Program-made: the position numbers and the translations under genes
Part shown: piece after piece, positions 18,729-26,850 of the stretch
Layout: the number at the start of each line of letters is the position of its first letter
Position numbering within the stretch: position 1 is the stretch's first letter
Assembly (NCBI GenBank): GCA_965224465.1
Contig: OZ245049.1
Span: 1,080,001-1,112,000 of the forward strand
Length of the DNA: 32,000 nucleotides
Origin: Flavobacteriaceae bacterium
GTDB taxonomy: Bacteria; Bacteroidota; Bacteroidia; Flavobacteriales; Flavobacteriaceae
Direction: 5' to 3'
Notes under the pieces: generated by a model
What the model saw: only the letters and a program-made list of their open reading frames with translations
The model's database searches: none
Told to the model about the DNA's origin: nothing

Positions 18729-18745
18729 TTTTATAAAATTTAAGT

Positions 18746-19669
18746 TTAGAAAAAACGAGGACTTTTTAAATTCCTTCTATTAAAATCATACAGTAACATT
18801 ACTTCATGAGAGCCACTATTATAATCTCCTAAATTGCTAAGCGTGTAATCATAAGCATAACCAATTCTAAAATCATCACTCACATTAACACCCACCATAA
18901 TACTCACAGAATCATCTAACCGGTACGAGCCGCCTATTTCAAACTTATTAAAAAACAGTGCATTTAGCGACAGGTCTATAGATACTGGCGCACCAATAAC
19001 TGCCTTTACCAAAGTTGAAGGTTTTAGAGATACATTTTCTGTGACTTCAAAAACATATCCAGAGGTTATAAAAAAATGCATTCTTTCAGAAGCTTCTGTT
19101 GTAAAACCAGATGAAGACATATTAAAATGCTTAGATTTCATTAAGTTAGGAACCGAAATCCCTAAGTAATACTTATGCGAATAATAAAAAATACCGACAC
19201 CTATATTTGGATATACATCATTTAAAGAGGTATTTAAAAGAATATCATCATTTTCATCTAATGGATTCAGCATGTCTTTATTTAAATGGTGGAACGTAGC
19301 TCCTGCTTTAAAACCAAAAGCTATATTAGAATGCTCACTTGCCTTAATTGTATATGAAAAATCGGCAAAGATATTGGTTTCTTTTACAGGACCTATTACA
19401 TCGTAAATGGCAGAAAGCCCAAGCCCAACAGCTCTTCTCAATGGTCCGTGTATAGAAAAAGTACCTGTTTCAGGAGCGCCATCAATCCCTACCCATTGTG
19501 TTCTTCCTAACATATTAATAGTCAATGTCTCCCTTGATCCAGCATATGCAGGATTGATAACATTCATATTATACATGTACTGTGTATATTGAGGGTCTTG
19601 TTGAGAATAAACATTCGCTACAAGCAACATAAACATAAGTATACTTACATAGTTATTCTTAATTTTCAT
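18746..19669 (-). CDS. type IX secretion system membrane protein, PorP/SprF family
   Basis: Signal peptide followed by the hallmark QQDPQYTQYMYNMNVINPAYAG. The ~300-aa beta-barrel-like composition ends in an aromatic residue (RFF). Confidence 0.88.
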   Translation of the reverse strand: MKIKNNYVSILMFMLLVANVYSQQDPQYTQYMYNMNVINPAYAGSRETLTINMLGRTQWVGIDGAPETGTFSIHGPLRRAVGLGLSAIYDVIGPVKETNIFADFSYTIKASEHSNIAFGFKAGATFHHLNKDMLNPLDENDDILLNTSLNDVYPNIGVGIFYYSHKYYLGISVPNLMKSKHFNMSSSGFTTEASERMHFFITSGYVFEVTENVSLKPSTLVKAVIGAPVSIDLSLNALFFNKFEIGGSYRLDDSVSIMVGVNVSDDFRIGYAYDYTLSNLGDYNSGSHEVMLLYDFNRRNLKSPRFF

Positions 19670-20268
19670 CTTTTTCCTTTTTAAATAAGCACTTTTATAT
19701 CTCTAGCATGTATCCAATCCAGTAAACCAACTAGCAATTAATTTGGTTTTACTTATTTAAATAAACACAATAGACACCTTATTAACAAGTATCTATTGTT
19801 CATTTAAAAATCGGCACACATTAAAGGTAAATTATCTGACCTAAAAACAGGAGTAATTTTATTGCAATTTAAAGCTTAAGTATACGACACCACATTTCAC
19901 ACCCTTTCTAAACAAACAGCTTCTAGTCTGTTTGCACAAGTTGCTTCCCCTAAACAAAAGTGTTTTAATAATTCTACACCCTACTCACACGCATTACTAA
20001 AAGCTGATTATCAAAGATATAAATACAAAATAAACAATTTTAAACTTCTGTAAAACAAGTCTGTTTTATAAAAAACACACATGTCTTAACAATACGTATG
20101 AACGCTTATGGAATGCAGATGATACATTATATATAGGTACTACATATTTATCTAGCAAAATAATTATGAACGTGTGTCACTTATCTTTACACAGCTCATT
20201 ATCAATATATTCGTAAGATTTGTGTTTTTGTTATTCCAGAATCAGATCAAGAACAGTTGTAACAGCTT

Positions 20269-20429
20269 ACACCAATTACAATCCAAAATGACCTATATAA
20301 ATAGTTTGTTTTACGTTCTAGCGTTGTTAAAAAACAGAACGATAACTAAGGCTATCCTTCCATTTTCCGCCTAGCTAGAATAAAAAATAATTCCCTTTCT
20401 AAACCTTCTCTTGGAAATGTATTTGGTGT
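20269..20429 (+). repeat. MITE-like intergenic repeat, copy 5 (full length, closest to consensus)
   Basis: Contains ACACCAATTACAATCCAAAATGACCTATATAAATAGTTTGTTTTACGTTCTAGCGTTGTTAAAAAACAGAACGATAACTAAGGCTATCC and then TTCCCTTTCTAAACCTTCTCTTGGAAATGTATTTGGTGT. Confidence 0.8.
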
Positions 20430-20433
20430 TACA

Positions 20434-20452
20434 TTGGAAATGTGTTTGGCAG
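20434..20452 (+). repeat. extra solo copy of the MITE right terminal repeat
   Basis: TTGGAAATGTGTTTGGCAG repeats the right end TTGGAAATGTATTTGGTGT, beginning 4 nt after the end of copy 5. Confidence 0.65.
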
Positions 20453-20493
20453 TATACCAAACACAAACAAAACCATCTTTTCTCAAAACAACA

Positions 20494-21909
20494 TTACAAA
20501 CATATTCGCCATAGCTGAGCAACTAAAAAAGTAATCAAAAATCCAGCTATTAAAGGTAAAAAAGAAGCAACAGCCGTCCATTTTGCACTATTAGTTTCTT
20601 TATAAATAGTATAAATAGTAGTACTACAAGGATTGTGCAGAAGGCTAAATAACATAACATTAACAGCTGTCAACAGCGTCCATCCTCCGGACCTTAAAAT
20701 ATCTTCTGTAGCACTTACGGAATCTAATTCAAACATAACGCCTGCACCTTCACCTCCAGGGATCCCAGTAAGCATTACGGTAAGCATCAAAATAGAAGGA
20801 ATCACAATTTCATTGGCTGGAATAGCTACAATATAAGCAAGTAAGATAACCCCATTAAGTCCTAAGATAAACCCAAAATCATCCAAATAATGAATAGACC
20901 ATACGGCAATACTCTCATCTCCTATATAAATATTAGAAATAAGCCAAATAACAGCACCCGCAGGAGCAGCAAACACAATAGCCCTCCATAATACGATTAA
21001 GGTACGATCAATCAAAGAAGTATAAAGTGTTTTCCAAAACATTGGAGGGCGGTAAGGCGGTAATTCCAAATTAAACGTAGACACTTCTCCTTTTAACATT
21101 GTCTTGGAAAGTAAAAAGGAAAACAAAAACATAAAACCAATTCCCAATACCGCAATTCCTACAACCGCAGACAAGGCAACAAAACTACTTAATCCTGAAG
21201 GCACAACAGCTCCAATAAAAATAGTTGCCAGTAAAATTTGCGTTGGCCAACGTCCATTACAGATGGAAAAATTATTTGTAATAATAGCTATTAATCGTTC
21301 CCTAGGACTATCAATAATTCGAGTTGCAACAACTCCAGCTGCATTACAACCAAAGCCCATACTCATTGTTAAAGCCTGCTTTCCGTGTGCACCAGATTTT
21401 TCAAATAACTTATCCATATTAAAAGCAACCCGCGGAAGGTATCCAAAATCTTCTAGCAAGGTGAAAAGCGGAAAAAAGATAGCCATTGGAGGTAACATTA
21501 CTGCAATTACCCAAGCTACCGCTAGATACAAACCATCACATAAAAAGCCTGTAGCCCACCAAGGGAAACTCATAGAAACACAAAAACCCTTTAACATTGG
21601 ATGCACAAAATCTAATAAAAACTCTGCCAACATAGCCGATGGATAATTAGCTCCAATTATGGTAAGCCACAAAACGGTCGCCAAAATAAAAAGCATGATC
21701 GGAAATCCCCAGATCCTACTCGTAACAATTTTATCAATACGATCGTCCAGCCTATACTTAGATTTAGTTCCTGATGTACGAACGCACACCGATACTATTT
21801 CTGAAGCATCTGCATATATACTTTCAATTAAATTATCATGTAAATCATCTCCAATTTTCCAACGAATTTCTTCCGATAAATTAATTATTTCTTCTAATTT
21901 TTTACTCAT
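20494..21909 (-). CDS. feoB: ferrous iron transporter FeoB, membrane permease portion only
   Basis: Polytopic membrane protein beginning in the FeoB linker region ([21 protein letters not shown]), with gate-motif-like segments. It has no GTPase domain of its own. Confidence 0.85.
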   Translation of the reverse strand: MSKKLEEIINLSEEIRWKIGDDLHDNLIESIYADASEIVSVCVRTSGTKSKYRLDDRIDKIVTSRIWGFPIMLFILATVLWLTIIGANYPSAMLAEFLLDFVHPMLKGFCVSMSFPWWATGFLCDGLYLAVAWVIAVMLPPMAIFFPLFTLLEDFGYLPRVAFNMDKLFEKSGAHGKQALTMSMGFGCNAAGVVATRIIDSPRERLIAIITNNFSICNGRWPTQILLATIFIGAVVPSGLSSFVALSAVVGIAVLGIGFMFLFSFLLSKTMLKGEVSTFNLELPPYRPPMFWKTLYTSLIDRTLIVLWRAIVFAAPAGAVIWLISNIYIGDESIAVWSIHYLDDFGFILGLNGVILLAYIVAIPANEIVIPSILMLTVMLTGIPGGEGAGVMFELDSVSATEDILRSGGWTLLTAVNVMLFSLLHNPCSTTIYTIYKETNSAKWTAVASFLPLIAGFLITFLVAQLWRICL

Positions 21910-21911
21910 GA

Positions 21912-22679
21912 TTATTCACTGAATTTATCGGTACGTAAGGCTTCTATAATTTGTTGATCTCCTTCTAACAATCGCATGGCAATCCATTCACTATTTGTTA
22001 TCTTAGGAAATTCATCTTCTAATAGAGCACTTAAATGCTTTACTGCTTTGTTTATGTTTTCTGGTATATTATTCAATTTTCTTGGGCTACATGTAATTTT
22101 ACCCGTAGCTAATTCGCTTATGGTTTTAATCAATGCTGGAATGCCTTCTTTGAACCGTGCACTAGTTGCGACTACAGGAATTCCAAGATCTTTAGATAAC
22201 ATTCGCGTATTGATAGTAATATCATGGCGTTTTGCTTCGTCCATTAGATTTAAACAGAGTACCGCCTTGTTGCTAATTTGTAAAATTTGTAAAACCAAAT
22301 TCAAATTACGTTCTAAACGGCTTGCGTCTACCACTATTACTGTGACAGTAGGTTTTCCAAACAGAATAAAATCTCTTGCTACTTCTTCATCCTCTGAGGT
22401 AGACAATAAAGAATAGGTACCAGGTAAATCGACTAGTTTGAATTTATGATTCCCATATTCAAAAGCCCCTTCTGCTCTACTCACCGTTTTCCCTGGCCAA
22501 TTTCCAGTATGCTGTCTCAATCCGGTAAGCGCGTTAAACACGGTACTTTTCCCTGTATTAGGATTTCCAGCCAATGCAATAACAAAATCAAATTGATCTG
22601 TATTTAAACCCATTTTTTTTAAGCCTTCCTCATTAAAATGAGCACATGACTGACATGAAGATTTTACGTTACTGTCCAT
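21912..22679 (-). CDS. feoB: FeoB N-terminal GTPase plus helical domain (NFeoB) as a stand-alone protein
   Basis: G1 [10 protein letters not shown]2/G3 region WPGKTV...VDLPGTYSL, and G4 NLMD. It ends with TAA 2 nt before the ATG of the permease ORF. An alternative start is M23 at 22613. Confidence 0.85.
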   Translation of the reverse strand: MDSNVKSSCQSCAHFNEEGLKKMGLNTDQFDFVIALAGNPNTGKSTVFNALTGLRQHTGNWPGKTVSRAEGAFEYGNHKFKLVDLPGTYSLLSTSEDEEVARDFILFGKPTVTVIVVDASRLERNLNLVLQILQISNKAVLCLNLMDEAKRHDITINTRMLSKDLGIPVVATSARFKEGIPALIKTISELATGKITCSPRKLNNIPENINKAVKHLSALLEDEFPKITNSEWIAMRLLEGDQQIIEALRTDKFSE

Positions 22680-23706
22680 CTTTAATTATTTTTATAAACA
22701 CTTTAGACGCTTGTTTTTTTCGCAATGCGATGCTAGCTCCTTTAATTAAAAAGCTTGTAGGATCCCCTAGTGGATTTAATAAGTTAATTGCTACTTCGGA
22801 ACTTGGTACAAATCCTAAATCTAATAATCTGCGCCTATTTTCTCCCCTACATTCCTTAGACAATCCAAGTATGGTTGCTTTCTCATTTATTTTCAATTCC
22901 GACAAGACCATCAAATTTTTATCATCTCTGGTATCTACAGACAATACATTAAGTATAATATTTTTTGCAATGGCTGGAGAGAGAATAAACTCCTTATTTT
23001 CCGAGTGAAAAACAATCCTATTACTCGTGCTTTCAACAATCCTAACAAGGGCACCTATATGAATGTTTTCCGCTACGATTTGATCGTAAACTAAAAGTGG
23101 TGTTTTTTGTATGTTTACAATACGAGCCTTTGTATTTATAGGTAAATTACTCAGAGGCACCGTTTCTAAAAAGTCCATCCTTCCATTTGTTGGAGGTATC
23201 GGCTTCCCATGTGGATCGTAAAGAGGGTTTCCTAATAACGAAGATAGATTTGTTACGGTATGTTCATCTAATTCATGTTCTTTCACCTCAGCTATATCAT
23301 GCCAATCTTTACTATCGTACCCCGTTTTTTCAGCGAGATAACGTTCCCATAACCTGTGTGCTCTCAAAATTCGCAATGCATATTCATTCCCAACTTCTGA
23401 CAAGACCACCGTTTTATCATCCATAGCTATCAAACCACTGGATTCCATATTACCCAATGTATGTTTTATTTTAGACTGTGAATATGTTAAATTTTCTGTA
23501 ATACAAACGCTATTACAAGCTTTGAGTTCAAGTGTGTTTTTATATAAATATTTTAAAACATCTTCTAAAACAATACGATCGTTAAATTTTAAATATCTCA
23601 ATAACTGATGCCAGAATCCGTTCCCGGGACGCAACATAAAATAGAGTAAGATAACCAGTACTATAAAAGCCAGTAAGTAGCTTAAAGGATTGTATGTAAT
23701 ATTCAT
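22669..23706 (-). CDS. DtxR/MntR-like metalloregulator domain fused to two FeoA domains, with a predicted N-terminal TM helix
   Basis: Hydrophobic LSYLLAFIVLVILLYFML at the N-terminus, then a DtxR-like HTH and dimerisation/metal-site region (LRAHRLWERYL...WHDIAEVKEHELDEH). Two FeoA/SH3-like modules follow (LSNLPINTKARIVNI... and LSELKINEKATILGL...RRRLLDLGFVPSSEV). It overlaps the NFeoB start by 11 nt. Confidence 0.75.
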   Translation of the reverse strand: MNITYNPLSYLLAFIVLVILLYFMLRPGNGFWHQLLRYLKFNDRIVLEDVLKYLYKNTLELKACNSVCITENLTYSQSKIKHTLGNMESSGLIAMDDKTVVLSEVGNEYALRILRAHRLWERYLAEKTGYDSKDWHDIAEVKEHELDEHTVTNLSSLLGNPLYDPHGKPIPPTNGRMDFLETVPLSNLPINTKARIVNIQKTPLLVYDQIVAENIHIGALVRIVESTSNRIVFHSENKEFILSPAIAKNIILNVLSVDTRDDKNLMVLSELKINEKATILGLSKECRGENRRRLLDLGFVPSSEVAINLLNPLGDPTSFLIKGASIALRKKQASKVFIKIIKDGQ

Positions 23707-23921
23707 TTTTTAGAACTATAGGGCTTATACTTATGAAACATATTAGATGTAGAACAGCTATTAAAAACAGCGTTACATAACCAATGTAAATATCTCTTAT
23801 ACCTGTTAAGTAATCCGTTTCCAATAATTTATTCTTAAACTTATAAAAACCACTCATATTCCATAAACAAGAACGTTTTTGAACTAAAAAACGACGAACC
23901 TTTCTATTTATGTTTAGTATA

Positions 23922-24085
23922 ACATCAATTACAATCCAAAACGACCGATATAAATAGTTTATTTTACGTTCTAGCCTTGTTAAAAAATAAAACGATAGCT
24001 GAGCTATTCTATTCTTATATTTTTCGTCTAGCTAAAACAAAAATTAATTCCATTTCTAAAACGTCACTTGGAAATGTATTTGATA
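23922..24085 (+). repeat. MITE-like intergenic repeat, copy 6 (full length)
   Basis: Contains ACATCAATTACAATCCAAAACGACCGATATAAATAGTTTATTTTACGTTCTAGCCTTGTTAAAAAATAAAACGATAGCTGAGCTATTC and then AATTCCATTTCTAAAACGTCACTTGGAAATGTATTTGATAC. Confidence 0.8.
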
Positions 24086-24162
24086 CAACATACCAACGTG
24101 GAATTTTCAGTAAAGATAATATTATTTTTAGACTAATCTAAAAATTTAATAATTATATACTT

Positions 24163-24206
24163 AAAACAAAAAAAAAGGCTGTTTTTAAATTCATAAAAAC
24201 AGCCTT
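24163..24206 (-). terminator. rho-independent terminator of the lolE-like/CBS operon
   Basis: Perfect 12-bp stem AAGGCTGTTTTT / AAAAACAGCCTT with an 8-nt loop. On the minus strand it is followed by T9. Confidence 0.85.
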
Positions 24207-24228
24207 TTCTAGTATCATAATCAATCGT

Positions 24229-25590
24229 TTAGCGTATCGCGTTTATTACATCATGTTGCGTAATAATTTGGTATTCACCATTAGAAAGGGCTACCAGAAC
24301 TGCTTTATTATCTTTCCCTATCAATTCTGCTATTTTTTGAACTGGAGTATCTTCCTCTACAATAGGAAACGAGACATTCATTACATCTTTAATCGGTTTA
24401 TCTCCAGAGTTTTTATCTTCAAAATACAAGCGAAACAGATCACTTTCATCTACAGCTCCTACAAATCCAGAGAGGTCAGTCACAGGGATTTGAGAAATAC
24501 CATGGCTCCGCATTCTATCGATAGCGTGCCCTACCAGCTCTTCTTTCTTTATCGTGATAAGGGTCTCTTCCGTTCTACCTTTCACTAGATCTTTTGCAGT
24601 AATGATATCATCCTCTAGAAATCCACGTTCACGCATCCATTTATCATTAAACATCTTTCCAACATACCTACTTCCATGATCGTGAAACAATACAACCACA
24701 ACATCCTCGGGTTTAAAATGATTTTTTAATTGCAGTAATCCTTTAATTGCGGAACCCGCAGAATTCCCGACAAAAATACCTTCTTCCAATGCTATTTTCC
24801 TGGTATATACTGCAGCATCTTTATCCGTTACTTTTGTAAAACCATCAATTACCTCAAAGTTTACATTTTTAGGTAAAATATCTTCACCAATCCCTTCGGT
24901 AATGTAAGGGTAAATTTCGTTTTCATCAAAAACACCCGTTTCGTGGTATTTTTTAAATACAGAACCATAGGTATCTATCCCCCAAATTTTAATTGCAGGA
25001 TTTTTTTCTTTTAAATATTTACCAACTCCAGAAATAGTACCACCTGTGCCTACTCCACACACAAAATGTGTGATTTTACCAGCTGTTTGTTTCCATATTT
25101 CAGGACCTGTTTGCTCATAATGAGCCAAGGCATTTGACGGATTATCATATTGATTCACATACCACGAATTGGGGGTTTCTTTAGCCAATCGTTTCGAAAC
25201 AGAATAGTATGAACGTACATCTTCGGGCTCTACATTTGTAGGGCACACAATTACTTCGGCACCTACAGCACGTAAAATATCCATTTTTTCTCTGGATTGT
25301 TTATCACTGATAACACAAATAAGTTTATACCCACGTATGATAGCTACTAAGGCCAATCCCATTCCAGTATTTCCAGAAGTTCCTTCGATTATAGTTCCTC
25401 CAGGATTTAAAAGTCCTGCGGCCACTGCATCATCAATCATTTTTACTGCCATTCGGTCTTTCGCCGAATTCCCAGGGTTAAATGTTTCTACTTTTGCCAA
25501 CACTAAGGCAGCTACTTCTTTTGTAACTTCATTCAATCGTACCAAAGGGGTATTCCCGATGGTTTCCAGTATATTTTTTGCGTATTCCAC
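24229..25590 (-). CDS. PLP-dependent cysteine synthase / cystathionine beta-synthase family enzyme with C-terminal tandem CBS domains
   Basis: PLP-lysine motif NPGNSAKDRMA and glycine loops GTSGNTG and GVGTGGTISG. The C-terminal ~120 aa looks like a CBS pair. Confidence 0.85.
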   Translation of the reverse strand: MEYAKNILETIGNTPLVRLNEVTKEVAALVLAKVETFNPGNSAKDRMAVKMIDDAVAAGLLNPGGTIIEGTSGNTGMGLALVAIIRGYKLICVISDKQSREKMDILRAVGAEVIVCPTNVEPEDVRSYYSVSKRLAKETPNSWYVNQYDNPSNALAHYEQTGPEIWKQTAGKITHFVCGVGTGGTISGVGKYLKEKNPAIKIWGIDTYGSVFKKYHETGVFDENEIYPYITEGIGEDILPKNVNFEVIDGFTKVTDKDAAVYTRKIALEEGIFVGNSAGSAIKGLLQLKNHFKPEDVVVVLFHDHGSRYVGKMFNDKWMRERGFLEDDIITAKDLVKGRTEETLITIKKEELVGHAIDRMRSHGISQIPVTDLSGFVGAVDESDLFRLYFEDKNSGDKPIKDVMNVSFPIVEEDTPVQKIAELIGKDNKAVLVALSNGEYQIITQHDVINAIR

Positions 25591-25605
25591 TCCCTAATTA
25601 TTTAA

Positions 25606-26841
25606 TTAATCAAATTTGATTGATTTCACAGGGTCATTTTTTGAAATGACCATGGTAGGCACTACTAGCATTATTAAGCACAATACTAAAGTTCCTATAT
25701 TTAACATACCTATAAACAACCAATCCAAGTATACAGGTACTTCTTTCACGTAATATGTAGAGGGATCGAGAGCTATAAACCCAAAATACTGCTGTGAGAA
25801 CAGCAACAGTAAACCGATTAGATTTCCCCAAAACAATCCTTTTAAAATAATATATCCAGCATTGTACAAAAACATTTTTTGCAAACTACCGTTGGTACTT
25901 CCGAGAGTTTTTAATATACCAATCATTTTTGTTCGTTCTAAAATAAGCACCAACAATGCGGTAATCATATTGATACCCGCAATCACAATCATAATACCGA
26001 TAATTAAATACACATTGATATCGAACAGGTCTATCCATTCAAAAATCTGAGGATACTTTTCCAATATACTAATTACATTTAAGTTAGAAGGTGTCTCAAT
26101 ATAAATCTCGTTTGTTTTTTCTTTAATTTTATCAAAATCATCTATGAAAATTTCAAAACCTCCCACTTGATTTTTATTCCATTTATTCATTTTAATGATG
26201 TGGTTGATATCTCCAATCACAATAGAATTATCAAATTCATCAAATCCTGAATCATATAAGGCTACAATGGTAAACATCCTAAAGTTAGGTCTTTTATTGG
26301 GATCGTTTTTAGGAAAATGAAACCTTAAAGTATCCCCTACTTTCACTTCTAAATTGTTTGCCATTACAACAGACATCACGATGTCGTTAGATTTTTTACT
26401 AGAAAACTTAGGCAGGACACCACCTTCAAGATAAGACTGAATAAAACGCCAATCATACCCATCGGAAACGCCTTTAAAAACGACACCTTCAAAGGTCTTG
26501 TCTGTTAATATAACAGCTGGTTTGGTCGCAAATACTTGCACCTTAGAAATACCTTCCACAGAGGTGAACTCAGGAAAGAAAGGTTGATCTCTTGCAATAG
26601 GGTTTAAAGTAATTCCAGAAAGATTCTCATCAAAACTGGTGATTTGTACATGACCATTAAAACCAGCTAATTTTTCTCTGATTTTTTGCTGCAAGCCAAA
26701 GCTAGTAGACATCGATATCATCATCACAATCATCCCCAAAGCAATTGCTACGATAGAAATTTTTATAATAGGAGAAGATACACTACTTTTATGCTCTTTG
26801 CCTGCGATCATTCGCTTGGCTAAAAATAATTCGTAATTCAA
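25606..26841 (-). CDS. FtsX-like ABC transporter permease, LolC/E family
   Basis: The N-terminus MNYELFLAKRMI is typical of the family and uses a TTG start at 26841. It has one TM segment, a large periplasmic loop, and three C-terminal TM segments. Confidence 0.8.
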   Translation of the reverse strand: MNYELFLAKRMIAGKEHKSSVSSPIIKISIVAIALGMIVMMISMSTSFGLQQKIREKLAGFNGHVQITSFDENLSGITLNPIARDQPFFPEFTSVEGISKVQVFATKPAVILTDKTFEGVVFKGVSDGYDWRFIQSYLEGGVLPKFSSKKSNDIVMSVVMANNLEVKVGDTLRFHFPKNDPNKRPNFRMFTIVALYDSGFDEFDNSIVIGDINHIIKMNKWNKNQVGGFEIFIDDFDKIKEKTNEIYIETPSNLNVISILEKYPQIFEWIDLFDINVYLIIGIMIVIAGINMITALLVLILERTKMIGILKTLGSTNGSLQKMFLYNAGYIILKGLFWGNLIGLLLLFSQQYFGFIALDPSTYYVKEVPVYLDWLFIGMLNIGTLVLCLIMLVVPTMVISKNDPVKSIKFD

Positions 26842-26850
26842 TATTTCACA

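Noticed and set aside
20174-20374. A 66-aa + strand ORF in the porP-feoB intergenic region.
   Set aside because: More than half of it is read through MITE-like copy 5. The equivalent frame is broken by indels or stops in the other copies, so it is a by-product of the repeat.
21905-21916. The split feoB could be a simple frameshift pseudogene.
   Set aside because: I have not adopted this as the primary call. The break falls at the domain boundary and the downstream ORF has its own ATG 2 nt after the stop. Its frame is closed three codons upstream, and both halves are otherwise intact. It remains the main alternative and is listed under what would refute the finding.
23707-23921. I searched for a Fur or DtxR operator upstream of the feo operon.
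   Set aside because: I saw only weak AT-rich partial matches, for example AATAATTTATTCTTAA, and no convincing palindrome. This cannot be supported by eye.
611-24085. The co-oriented repeats could be integron attC sites or a CRISPR-like array.
   Set aside because: Spacing is irregular, from 0.7 to 12 kb. The intervening DNA includes housekeeping genes (argS) in both orientations. No integrase or cas genes are present. The units lack the attC R''/R' core (RYYYAAC/GTTRRRY) arrangement.
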